Positions 12,775 through 24,491 of a stretch of 63,917 nt of DNA are shown here, in pieces (the first letter of the stretch is position 1; every line of letters starts with the position of its first letter). The notes beneath the pieces were generated by a model. It searched no databases. It was not told where the DNA came from and worked only from the letters and a program-made list of their open reading frames with translations. The translations under genes were made by a program, and so were the position numbers. This stretch comes from Octopus bimaculoides (lineage: Eukaryota). Location: NCBI RefSeq assembly GCF_001194135.2, contig NC_068984.1:127355658-127419574 (forward strand), given 5' to 3'.

Positions 12775-13668
12775 TTGAGGGTGATAAATTGAATATTAAT
12801 TCAATTAACATCAATATAAAACGAAGTGGCCTAGCATATAAAAAATCTGAAAATTCAGAAAAATTGTATTACATGAGTATAAGAAGAGATGACCACTAAG
12901 TGGACATCCGATATGCTAGAAAGAGGTCATCAATAACACAACCACAAAAGAAAAATAGTAATTATTTTTCTTTTGTGGTTGGGTCATTGACGACCTCTTT
13001 CTAGTATATCGGATGTCCACTTAGTGGTCATCCCTTCTTATACACACATATATACATATATATATATACATAGATATATGGCAGATGGAATATATGAGAA
13101 TTTATCATTAATCATGGCAATTGTTTTGACACATCTAGTATCGATTCCTCAGGGATGGGACACACAACAACTGGTTCAAGAGCATCTGGCAGTGCAAATG
13201 TATCTCGTCAGGTAATAAATAAATACAACTCATTAAAATAACTGTTCTGCAATGTAACTTCTTGTTTTGTAGAAAGAAAAGCAGCCAGACGGAGGAAATA
13301 TCTTCATTTATATAGAAAATCAAAAATAAAATCACAGATGGCAAAAAAAGAAACGAACACACAATGCAGCATGCAAAGTATTAAAAATACAGCTTGCCCG
13401 AGGGTGTTTATACATCCATATTTGTTAACGGTTATTTATAATACTTTTCTCATTGGATTGGTAGTTTGTTTCCTTTTTTGCCATCTGTGATTTTATTTTT
13501 GATTTTCTATATAAATGAAGATATTTCCTCTGTCTGGCTGCTTTTCTTTCTACAAGCATCCGCAAAAATGTGAGCATACGCACACGTGAGGTTTGGTGCA
13601 CTCATGATCACAAAGTGAGTTAGCAATTTACTAGGTGTTTGTAAGAATGGGAAGGTTAAAAGTAAACT
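12775..13668. mobile_element. Complex Penelope-like insertion with two fold-back hairpins and a hammerhead-bearing segment
   Basis: Inverted repeats 12877-12957/12963-13043 and 13267-13358/13464-13555; segment 13084-13295 recurs inverted at 14346-14555; bordered by (TA)n; the Penelope class is inferred from the hammerhead motif and the inversion architecture. Confidence 0.55.
13163..13214 (-). ncRNA. Type I hammerhead ribozyme-like motif, copy 1 (A15.1 mutated)
   Basis: Minus strand: tac CTGACGA gatacatttg cactgc cagatgctctt GAACC agtt GTT gtg. Confidence 0.55.
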
Positions 13669-13679
13669 TTAAGTCATCC

Positions 13680-13847
13680 GGAGGAGTGGCTGTGATGTAA
13701 GTAGCTTGCTTACCAACCACATGGTCCCGGGTTCAGTCCCACTGCGTGGCATCTTGGGCAAGTGTCTTCTACTATAGCCACGGGCCGACCAAAGCCTTGT
13801 GAGTGGATTTGGTAGACAGAAACTGAAAGAAGCCCGTCGTATATATG

Positions 13848-13893
<46 letters not shown>

Positions 13894-14107
13894 CGTTTGT
13901 GTGTCTGTGTTTGTCCCCTCAACATCGCTTGACAACTGATGCTGGCGTGTTTCTGTCCCCGTAACTTAGCGGTTCGGCAAAAGAGTCCGATAGAATAAGT
14001 ACTAGGCTTCTAAAGAATAAGTCCTGGGGTCGATTTGCTCGACTAAAAGGCGGTGTTCCAGCATGGCCACAGTCAAAGGACTGAAACAAGTAAAATAGTA
14101 AAAGAGT
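13680..14107 (+). mobile_element. SINE family A, young full-length copy (tRNA-derived head, central (TA)n, gtaaaaga tail)
   Basis: A-box-like tggctgtgatgtaag, B-box-like ggttcagtccc, intact CpGs; about 94% identical to the reverse complement of 22407-22814 over the 5' half. Confidence 0.9.
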
Positions 14108-14225
14108 AACTAAATTAAATTATGTTGATGGTTACTTAAAATTCATTTCCACTGCATTGTACGAAAGTACATTTACATGTGTGTAGGCATCTTGAGAGTT
14201 GTCCAGAAATTCTATTAATGACCTT

Positions 14226-14341
14226 CTCGTTGTTTTAACATCCACTTTTCCATGCTTGCACAGAATTTATTGAGGCATATATTTCTACAGCTGGATGCCC
14301 TTCCTGTCACCAACCCTTGCTTGTCTCCAAGTAAGATAAAT
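14226..14341 (-). mobile_element. Duplicated 3' fragment of the family C SINE at 14752
   Basis: Near-identical to 14754-14877, including gcatatatttctacag, with a 10-nt internal deletion. Confidence 0.8.
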
Positions 14342-14630
14342 ATTACCTCCGTCAGGCTGCTTTCTTCTACAAAACAGTAAGTTACACTGCGGAATAGTCA
14401 TTTTAATGAGTTGTATTTATTTATCACCCGATGAGATACATCTGCACTGCCAGATGCACCTGAAACAGTTGTTGAGTGTCCCACCCATGAGGAATCGATG
14501 CCAGATGTGTCGATACAATTGCTATGATTAATAATAAATTCTCGTATATTCCATCTTCCGTCTTTCATTTGCCATATACATAACGATCACAGTAAAAGTG
14601 ACTGTGCTTTACTAGTAAGCAACCAGGTGT
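14342..14630. mobile_element. Second, inverted copy of the Penelope-like hammerhead segment
   Basis: 14346-14555 is about 88% identical to the reverse complement of 13084-13295. Confidence 0.7.
14425..14476 (+). ncRNA. Type I hammerhead ribozyme-like motif, copy 2 (U4 mutated)
   Basis: cac CCGATGA gatacatctg cactgc cagatgcacct GAAAC agtt GTT gag. Confidence 0.55.
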
Positions 14631-14751
14631 AAGCCATTCATTTTATATATATCATCATTGTTTAACATCTGCCTTCCATGCTGTCATGGGTGGGAACTAT
14701 ATATATATATATATATATAAAGCTCACACTCAAAGAATATATATATATTAT

Positions 14752-14993
14752 CATCGTTTTCACATCCACTTTTCCATGCTTGTACAGGTTGGACAGAATT
14801 TATTGAGGCATATATTTCTACAGCTGGATGCCCTTCCTGTCACCAACCCTTGCCTCTCTCCAAGTAAGATAAATATTTCCCCATGACCAGACATGTTTTT
14901 ATGGAAGATTGGAGCTGAAGGACATTGCTTGCATGACAGTGACACTTACAATTGTCATGCAAAGTGAAGGTGACAGTAACACACGCACATGCA

Positions 14994-15024
<31 letters not shown>

Positions 15025-15188
15025 GATGGACTGCTTTCAGTTTTCATCTGCCAAATCCACTCACAAGGCTTTGGTTGGCCTAGGGCTATAGTAAAAGACA
15101 CTTGTCAAAGTTGCCATACAGAGGGATTGAACCTGAAATCATGTTGTTGGAGAAGCAAACCTCTTATCATACAGCCACTCTGGTGCCT
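14752..15188 (-). mobile_element. SINE family C: family-A tRNA head plus (CA)n plus RTE-type tail
   Basis: 15024-15188 matches the family A head (caaatccactcacaaggctttgg...gaagacacttg); 14752-14880 matches the family D tail. Confidence 0.75.
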
Positions 15189-15913
15189 GTATATATGTGA
15201 AAAATTATCCAAAGATCCTTGGACAGCTTTAGTGGAGATTGCTCCATTGTATAATATTTATCTCAAGCTGCACTTTGATTGGTGCAGCTTTATGCATGTG
15301 TCAAACTTTACACTCTCTATACTGGTACAGCTGCATGCTTTTACCATTCTTTTTTCATTATTATAAGTTACTGGTGAAACTGTTCCCTGCTGGATTTTTA
15401 TTTATTTATCTATTTATTTATTTATTTCCAGACAGTTTATTCAGAATATTTGTATTTGTTATACTATCCAGATTCTCATTTTGCATCTGAACAACTAAGC
15501 TACATCCTACACATCCAGAATACATAATATCTATTAAATAGTTGGAACCCGAAGCAAACTAAGTCGAAAGTGAATAGAATAATGAATTAATTCTTATAAA
15601 TATTGATTGAAAAAAATGTGTCTATAAAGTTAAATGATGTTTTCAGTTAAAATGGTTTTGAAACTGAACTGAAACATAACTGATATCTCTTAAAATAGTA
15701 GTTATACTATCTATCTCAAATGAGATTTTAGATGCTAGTTTTTCAAGTTCATCATCATCATTATTATTTCCGTTATTATTTTCGTTTTCATTATTTTAAA
15801 AAGATTAAAAACTGGAAACAGCAATGGCATTTTATTAATAAGCTCATAAACAGGTCTGCTAGTATGAATATTTGCTTTAAATCTAAAAATTAATACCAAA
15901 TTCTCTATTTCAG

Positions 15914-16020
15914 AGTGAACTTATTGTCAGATCATCAAAGGCGACATCAACTCGGCAGAGATTTATTGAACTTATTGCCAATCTTTTAACTGGTTCAGTT
16001 GATAACTACATAAATTACAG
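15914..16020 (+). CDS. Candidate plus-strand exon (SELIVRSSKATSTRQRFIELIANLLTGSVDNYINY-R)
   Basis: ttctctatttcag|AGT...TAC AG|gtgaaa; one open frame; contains CpGs; phase 0 to 2. Confidence 0.3.
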
Positions 16021-16565
16021 GTGAAACCATCAAATTGAAAAGGGGAAAAAGATTAAATGAATGAATGATAATGACTAACTTAAAGATATTTTATATTGAT
16101 ATTGAGATTTCAGATAGCTATGCAGTCAAGAAAGGCACCAAGTTCTGTTTGCATATCAACAACATATATATATATATTTATTTACACACAAAAGCAACAA
16201 TATTTCTATGTCAACCTAGAATAAAAGAAGAAAAATTAAAAGACTAATTGCAAAATTCATAATATAGCAGCCAATAACATTTCAAAGGAATGAACATTTA
16301 ATCATGCATATTGGTGTGTGAAAAAAAAACAAAAAAACTAAAAACAAAAAGCTGTACAAGGAAATGTCTATTTAGATCACATTCAATGTAAGACTTGCCC
16401 TATATGTCTTACTATCAGATATGCCCAAAGGAGGAATTTAACAGAATATATTGCAGTAGTTTTAATTACTTCTCATAAGGTAAATATATTTCATGCTATG
16501 AAAATAGCTCAAGTCAATCTATTTCCATAATTTCCGATACTCTAATAATTGTGCTGATCCACAGC

Positions 16566-16566
<1 letters not shown>

Positions 16567-16626
<60 letters not shown>
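16567..16626. repeat. (TAA)n microsatellite
   Basis: Perfect run of about 20 units. Confidence 0.95.
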
Positions 16627-16628
<2 letters not shown>

Positions 16629-17310
16629 TGTAGAATATTATCAGTGTTAGATGAAGAAATCTGAACATGTAGAATGCAACTTTGGTATCTAAATCTTGCT
16701 TTAGATAAATATCAGATAAATATCATATAGCCTGTATGGTAATTATATTACTAATAGGGAGCAGAAGGAGATGGGGAAATGGAGGGAGAGAGAAAGAGAA
16801 AATGGATGGACTAGATCTGTTATTTAATTTTACATCCATTTTTGACTCTGTAAACTAATTCTCAAAAAACAAAGATTCTTAAAGCCAATATCTAGTTCAA
16901 AATAGAAAAATAAAATGTATTCTTCAATATTCAAATTTTAACAAGCCTTGAATTACATTTGAAACAAGAAACAAACTAACACCAATTCACTTCTCATTTC
17001 AAAAGTTTCAGTTCAGGATTAAGTATGAAACCCCCCCCCCCCTGAAATATTGAAAAATACACTTATTTTTCTGTAACCAGACATTGATAAGAGGAAGATT
17101 TTATTATGTTACTGTTTCTAGAATGAAATGACAATGCTTCAGGTAAATAATTAGATTTCAGCATTTAGTGGAACATGTTTCCTTTTTTAACAGATGAATG
17201 GTCTTCCCACTGTTAATCCTTCAACCTCAAAGAGGAAGGAACAGCTATTTTACAGTTAGACTGACCGAAGCAAAGAGAGTAATGTGCCCTTGCTTAAATG
17301 CACAACACTG

Positions 17311-17526
17311 GTTGTTGTTTAGTTCTGGGTCAGCCATGGTTGAATAGATCTATGATCAAAGGCCTTCCAGACATGACTATGCTGCCTTTTTCCAAGTTAC
17401 AATGCACTCAGGATCACATTTTCCAGTATGTCCTTTATTAAGATGTCCAGGCATTACATATGGGGAAATTTGACTGATATTTCTACCAGCTGAATGACTA
17501 TGTAGTGGGTGCCCTGTTGGCTTGTC
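17311..17526 (-). mobile_element. SINE family E
   Basis: gttgttgtttagttctgggtcagcc...agatctatgatcaaaggccttccagacatgac...ggaaatttgactgatatttcta. Confidence 0.7.
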
Positions 17527-19426
17527 AATGCAATATTTGCAGCAAAGTTTGAAATGGAGACCTTACAGTTTGTATTTAGCACCTTAACCTCATGGTTACT
17601 GAGCTTCTAAAGCTATATTCTACACATTTAATAGATCTGTAGTACATGGAACTAGTAAATTTACACAAAACAAATTGCTGCTTCAATTTTAACAACTAAA
17701 TTTTAATAACTATTGTTGTTATTCAGATCAATATATTCCATTTAAGTTTGATTATAATTGATAACTATTTCCTAAACTATTCAGAGGAAGAGTCAAATCT
17801 AATGTTGAATAATAGGTATGTCTCTCTAAACAAATCCATTTGATGAGATAAAATTGTGTTGCAATAAATTATTAACTAAACTATGAAACATTGGTTTGAA
17901 AATAATATGGATAAGAAAAAACTGGAGGCTAAGGAAAACAGTGAGAGTCTTTCAATAAAAACCAGTTAATAAATTTTGTAAACTTGAATTAATTTTTATA
18001 TTGAAGTAAGGAAATGACTTCTAGTATTTCTGGCACGACAATTTTTCAGAGAAGAATAAGTCACTTCTTAGTTCTCTAAAGAGTATAAGCCTGCCAAAAT
18101 TGTTAGAATTAGTTTCTTATCAAACTTCACAAGCTTATTCAATTTTATATATATAAAAAAAATATATATATATATACTATGATAAGCCTAGAATGGGTAG
18201 GTTAGGTTAGTATGAAATAAATATAACTGAATGAAATTTGTGTAGAATTTGATAGCAACAGGATATTAATGAATATTTGCAAGCCATTTTAGAGCCAAAC
18301 ATTGCAAAGATTATTATGTAGAAAGTTTTCTGAGGGAGATAAAATTATTAATATACCAGTGAAAAGAATTGAAATACAAAATCAAAGCTAACAATTGGCA
18401 CCCATGTTTGTAAATAGAGTAAGGATAATACTTTCTCACAAAGTGATCAGCAGACAACAATAACAACATTTCATATTGATAAAAAATATCAGAGCTAGGA
18501 AATGTCTGGCTTCTTAAAAAGATGATCTTAAAAGGATATTTGAAGTAATATATCAAACTCCAATGTAGTAGGTATGACACTAAGTTCCCAAAAGATGCCA
18601 GTAAATATTTCTGTGCTGCCTGCTGCAGGAACTTCAGTGTATGTTACCACAGAAAATACTGTGACAAGTCTGGTGTGCAGATAAGCTGAAACTAAACAAC
18701 ATGTTTAGATATAAATCTACTTAGGTACTATTTCAAACTAAAGTGTCTTAAGGAAGTAACTGTGAAGATGTTCCCTTCACTGTTCTTTATGATTTGAATG
18801 GAATGTTTGGTGATTCTGGTTGATCAAATACTCACATTAGAGTTCAAAAATTCCATGAACTACTTCCTATTCTCAATAATCATACATCTATGAATTTTTT
18901 GATATGTTTACATTCATGATGTGTTCCTATGTTAGTGACTTGTAAGTATTGCAAACTTAAATTACTAATTTGAAATAGTGGTAGTGTTGAAGAGATTTTG
19001 TCTACAAAACTCTCACCCAGACAACAAATGAAAGGTTTAACAGGCTACTTTAACTGGTTTAGAAGTCATCAGAAAGAAAGGTTTATACTGATCTGGTCCT
19101 CTACCGTACATAAATAAAGTATCTGGGCTTATAGTATCTAGTTTTAGAGTTGTCCAAATTATCTACTGTGAGGGCTTAAACCGTCTTAATATTGATGTTA
19201 ATTTTTTTTTTTAAGAAATGCAACCAAACCTGAATCTACATGTTCAAATTCCCCATTAACAGCATCAATTTCTTAGATCTTAGCAATGTCTGTCTCTTTC
19301 TCCCTCTCACACACACAATGCTGAAAACATTACAAAACTTTATCAAGCTATTTCTATTAGAATGCTCATCAGAGAAATCAATAGCTTTTTACTTGCAATG
19401 AGTTTAGTGTATTCTGCCAAAGAAGC

Positions 19427-19476
19427 TTAGTACATTGAAAGTAAGGTTAGTACATTGCAAGTAAGGTTAGTACATT
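19427..19476. repeat. 20-bp tandem repeat, about 2.5 copies
   Basis: ttagtacattg(a/c)aagtaagg repeated. Confidence 0.85.
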
Positions 19477-21399
19477 AAAGGCAAGTGAAATAGTTGGATT
19501 TCCAGGAAGTTCACTGTGCCTTAGGAAGAGCAGACTAAGAACATAAGACAGATAGTTTGCAGCATTATATTCAGTGCTGGACTATTTAGTCAGATTATCA
19601 ATTTACATTATATTGTATTCATGTCTGTTCATATATCAAGATAAAGAATGTATGTTGGCAACAATCACAGGTTGGCTGATCTGTAACCTAACTCTTCTCA
19701 GTTCATGATGTGTTTGGCACCAGATGCACTGATGTTATTAAATTTAGCCTGCATTACAATTTATATCATGCTTTGGAGAAATAAAAGTATTTTGAATGCA
19801 ATACTTTAATTTAATTAAGAAGAGCAAGAATCTTTTATAATTATTGTGTTTTAAACACTTTGAAAATATTTTGCAGGTTGATTTAGAAATAAAATTTCTA
19901 TCATCCCTTGCCAAAATTTTACACAGAAAACTATTTAATTTGCATCAAATGGTAGAATCTATACAGATTGAGTTTAAAAGAAAAATAACAGGAAAAAAAA
20001 AATAATAAAATGCTGAAAATGAGCCAAGAAAAAGATAAGGCCCCCAAGGAAATTGCTTGAAAAGAGGATGTAAAACAAATGATTAGTTAAACAGATGTCA
20101 TCCTCACATGTAGCAATCTCTATGCATTATTTACCGTGAAATGTTTTAAAGCAATTACTACCTTATCACCTATACATTTAATTTATAGATATTTACTGCA
20201 TGTTGCTAAATATGTAATTTATTATATTCATCAATATCATAAGATATAATAGGCTGTGTAATTAAATTCTTATTGGGCATGTATGATAGTGATTCTGGGA
20301 CAAATCTTATCTACATGTGAACACATCAGATCCATACCCATCTCACATAACTGGACACAGTGAATGGCCCTGGCTGTAATTCAAGTTGACCTCTGCAAGA
20401 AAATGGCATACCTAGAAGAAATTCACAGCTACATACTATTGTGTTACATTCAAAGAAATCAGCAAAACGGAATAAGATATTTTTTTTCAAACGTGTTTTT
20501 CACTGAAGAATAAGCAATATGAAAGAAAGACAAATTAAATCAATAGTTTTTATCAGTTTGTAGATAATTAAATATATTGATTTTTCTAGACAGAAAACAA
20601 TATTAATAAGATCCAAAATTCTCTATCTCATAAGTTGGAAACATTTATTCTTCATAAATGTTCTAAAATAGTTTTATTCTCAAAAAAAAAAAAAAATAAT
20701 AATAATAATAATAATTTAAAAGCAAAGTTTTGATATATTTCAACTGGAATTGGTTAAGTTTTAGCTTAAGAGATATAACTTCCAGAGAAATCCACAAGAA
20801 TATGAAATGACTTAAAGAAATCAATAAAATAGTAATGATAACATGTTTGGTATCTAAAGTATAATATATAGTAGTTTCATGAGGAATGATGTATGAAAAT
20901 ATAAATACTATCCACAAGACAGTATTAAAAATAATATAAACTACTCCAAAGAGTGTAACCAAATACAAACATTAGGGTTTTATGAGGGAGCTTTAAGCAA
21001 TTACTCAAACTGGTAGAAATAGTAGTCTAACATCTCATCAGACCACAGCCAATCTTCTGATCAAAGGAAAGAAGCTACATGTCCATTGGGATTTTTTCAA
21101 CAGTGTTGGTTGCAACTTCTAACCATTGTCATTTTCCTTTCCGCCTCTTCCATGACAAGAGGCAGGATTTAAACTCAGAAAACAACACAGTTGGAATAGG
21201 CATTGCAAAACATCCCTTCTGGCATTGTAACTATTCCTTCAATTCATTGCTCTGGATCTGTAACTTATTTATCAACTCTTAAAAGGATGCAATGAAATGC
21301 AAAGTTGACTGGCAGAATTTTAGCTTACAACATACACACACACACAACCACCCCCCCCCAAAAAAAAACAAAGAGCAAATCTTGCAAAGCATTCTATAT

Positions 21400-21600
21400 A
21401 ATGTTCTAACAACTCAGCTGACTTAAATAATAGTCAAATCTCTCTCAAATCACACCATACCATCTTAGAAGAAAACAATACAACAGAAAATATAGTCTTA
21501 GGTACACTGTGTCTAAGAAAACAAAGGACAAGATGGTCGCAGCTGAATGCTATTATTATCCATAAGTCTGCTAGATCAAGTTTGACCAGAGATTATACAA
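21400..21600 (+). mobile_element. SINE family E, old copy
   Basis: caaatctctctcaaatcacaccataccatctt...ataagtctgctagatcaag. Confidence 0.65.
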
Positions 21601-22282
21601 TAAAAACTAGTGCATCACAATAATAGCCTGATGACTTAAAAGTGTTTTCAATTTTACAGTTCTTATATTAAGCTATCAGCTTCAATACTAAAAACTATTT
21701 ATCTGGAAATATGTATGTTAATGTACCAAATATACTATTTCAATAAAAATATCCAGGCTCTGTTAGTTCATTCAGCGTTCACATTATGTTTTAAACATTA
21801 TTTTGGACCATTTCAACAGAATGTTCTATTAACAGGAATTGGGGTACATTTTTTTTTTTATTTAATTTGAAAATAAGAAATATCATAAAAATATAGATAT
21901 TCCAATCAATACATTAGAAGTAAAAAATCAATAACAGCTAAGATTACAAGAATTGACATATGATCAAAAGATTAAACTAAGCTAATATAAATATTTGATC
22001 TCACTTGGTAAAAAAATACAAAGAAAAACACAAGACTTGATACAAATCATAACATCATAATGAAATGCATTAATGTGATTGTCACTAAAAAGAAAAACAA
22101 GTGAGGATAAAATTTGTCTACCCAAGAGTTATATGGTAATGATGTTGGAATAGTATCAGCTCTTCCATGTTATGAGTCATATAAACTGACAACATCAGAG
22201 ACTATAACAAGCTGTGAGACAAAAGAACAAAAGAACTAATAACAGAATTAGAATATATCGTAAAAGTGTCTATGATACTTAC

Positions 22283-22308
22283 TTGTTCATTTCGTCTTGA
22301 ACGGCTTC
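22283..22308 (-). CDS. Candidate 26-nt micro-exon (EAVQDEMN+AA) of the minus-strand host gene
   Basis: ttttcttttgaatttctatttctag|GAAGCCGTTCAAGACGAAATGAACAA|gtaagtat; long pyrimidine tract, perfect donor, CpGs inside. Confidence 0.55.
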
Positions 22309-22406
22309 CTAGAAATAGAAAATTCAAAAGAAAAATAAGCATTTACGATTCTGAATTTTAAAGTAGGGATATTTAATAAATTAAATTTGGAAGAAAATTT
22401 TGATTA

Positions 22407-22611
22407 TACTCTTTTACTCTTTTACTTGTTTCAGTCATTTTACTGTGGCCATGCTGGAGCACCGCCTTTTTAGTCGGACTAATCGACCCCAGGACTTATT
22501 CTTTGTAAACCTAGTACTTATTCTATTGGTCTTTTTAGCCGAACCGCTAAGTCACAGGGACGTAAACACACCAGCATCGGTTGTCAAGCGATGTTGGGGG
22601 GACAAACACAG

Positions 22612-22652
<41 letters not shown>

Positions 22653-22814
22653 TATACGACGGGCTTCTTTCAGTTTCTGTCTACCAAATCCACTCACAAA
22701 GCTTTGGTTGGCCCGAGGCTATAGTAGAAGACACTTGCCCAAGGTGCTATGCAGTGGGACTGAACCCGGAACCATGTGGTTGGTAAGCAGGCTACTTACC
22801 ACACAGCCACTCCT
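22407..22814 (-). mobile_element. SINE family A, young full-length copy
   Basis: tactcttttactcttttacttgtttcagtc tail through ccacacagccactcct head; central (TA)n. Confidence 0.9.
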
Positions 22815-23520
22815 AACAGAACAGAAAATTATAGAGATACAATGACAAACTTTAATAGTAATGATCAGTCATATTTTTTTAGTAAGACATGTCACTCTAG
22901 TTTGCGATTGATTTAAAAAACCTTCCTCTCAGATTTCACAGTTGAATACTTAACAGGAGAAAGAACATCCAACTGATAATAAAAAAAGTGAAAATCAAAA
23001 AAACTAGTATTCCAATGAAAATGATCCCAACTTCATAAACATGGAAAAATATATGTAAAATAGTTGGGTCTCACATGTAATATAGGCAGTTGATTAATTT
23101 ACATTATTCATGCAATTGGTTGACAAAAACTCTCTCTAGAGGTGTTGAAAATCTAAAAAATAAAGCAAGAACTATAACTTCAATAAGATCAACCTATTGA
23201 ATTTTTGGGAAACATAAAAAAATGCAGATAGGAGTGGATGATACCAATCTTCTTGAGATCACACATGGTTTTATGATTCATAACTTCCTGTTTTAAAGTT
23301 ATGTAAATTAAAAGCTTTTATAAAAATTTCATGTTAATTGATGTTCCTAACATCAGCTTCATAATGATAATTATTTAACTAAATTCTTCATTATTTTCAA
23401 AATTAATTGACGTAAAGGCAGAGGAGTTCAACAGAAATATAGTGACCAAAGGATTAAACCTTGATAATGGCAACTAGCAGAATAGTTCACCTTTTCTCCT
23501 TTTATTTGAAGTGGAAAGTA

Positions 23521-23608
23521 AATCATCATCATCATTGTCCATTCTTCATGCTAGCATAGGTTGGACAGTTTGATAAGAGCTGGCCAGCCAGAGAGTTGCA
23601 CCAGGCTA
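23521..23608 (-). mobile_element. Family C/D 3' tail fragment
   Basis: catcatcatcattgtccattcttcatgctagcataggttggacagtttg. Confidence 0.65.
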
Positions 23609-24371
23609 GATATAGTTATTTATTTTTCAATGTAATGTATACAGTGTAAGTTCAGGTCTAGTTAAAGTTAAGTATTCTATATTGTTTCTTTTTCTCATTA
23701 CCCGTAAATGCATGTTTTGAGATATTTCATTGGTACAACTCATGGACAATATATTATTAGCAAATTTAAGTCAAATTTAAGTTCAGTTTTTTTCAAGTTG
23801 TGTAATTAATGATAGGTGTGCAGGGAAAATGAAACAGAAGAGCAAACAGTGATACTTTTGCACATCAAGATGTTTTGCATTTAGTTACAGTTCTTCACTG
23901 GGTAAATTTATTTGAACATTAAATAATTACTTCTAGCTGTCCTCCTCACTAAGGAGAGAGTGGTAAAGGAGAGAGTGGTAAAGGAGGGAGAGAAAATAAA
24001 ACAGTGAACTTATTCTGCTAGTTGGAAGCCAGTAGAAGAGGGGAAATGACATGTGAATGCCAAAAAAAAGTTACTATATTAAACTTAGAAAAAAATTTAA
24101 CATCGTTCTGAATCAAAAAATTAAAACTATTCCTGACTATAAATAAACCTTTGACTGTTGACTAAAGACTGAAATTGGTTATGTGGTAGAATAATTCTAT
24201 TGTGCAACAAACGCTGGTTTCATCCTTAAGAAGCAAAACCTCACCAGTTTGAATGGACTTGTTCAGTGAGAAAAAAAAAAAAACATGTAAAAGTTCTAAA
24301 AACATTATCAATAAAAACTCATTGAGTAAGAAGTACAGCTATATTTACAAAGGAGTGTAAAAGATAATTCC

Positions 24372-24491
24372 AAAACTTGTGTATAAAACTATGTATAAAA
24401 CTTGTGTATAAAACTATGTATAAAACTTGTGTATAAAACTATGTATAAAACTTGTGTATAAAACTATGTATAAAACTTGTGTATAAAACTT
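24372..24491. repeat. 26-bp minisatellite, about 4.6 copies, made of 14+12 bp subunits
   Basis: (aaaacttgtgtata aaactatgtata)n with identical units. Confidence 0.95.

Noticed and set aside
13024-13215. Exon-like ORF ending at cag|gtaata
   Set aside because: The segment recurs inverted at 14346-14555, so it is a repeat, not a host exon
13680-13760. tRNA gene suggested by A and B boxes
   Set aside because: The boxes belong to SINE heads, with no cloverleaf or acceptor stem; the same applies at 22740-22814 and 41135-41225
16419-16495. Two overlapping small exon candidates on opposite strands (16419-16479 plus, 16470-16495 minus)
   Set aside because: Both are phase-compatible with their chains, which shows how easily such candidates arise by chance; neither is supported over the other
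17081-17142. Plus-strand 62-nt segment with strong acceptor and donor
   Set aside because: Closed in all three frames; treated as a background pseudo-exon
24372-24491. CRISPR-like regular array
   Set aside because: Pure tandem repeat with no unique spacers, no cas genes, in eukaryotic context
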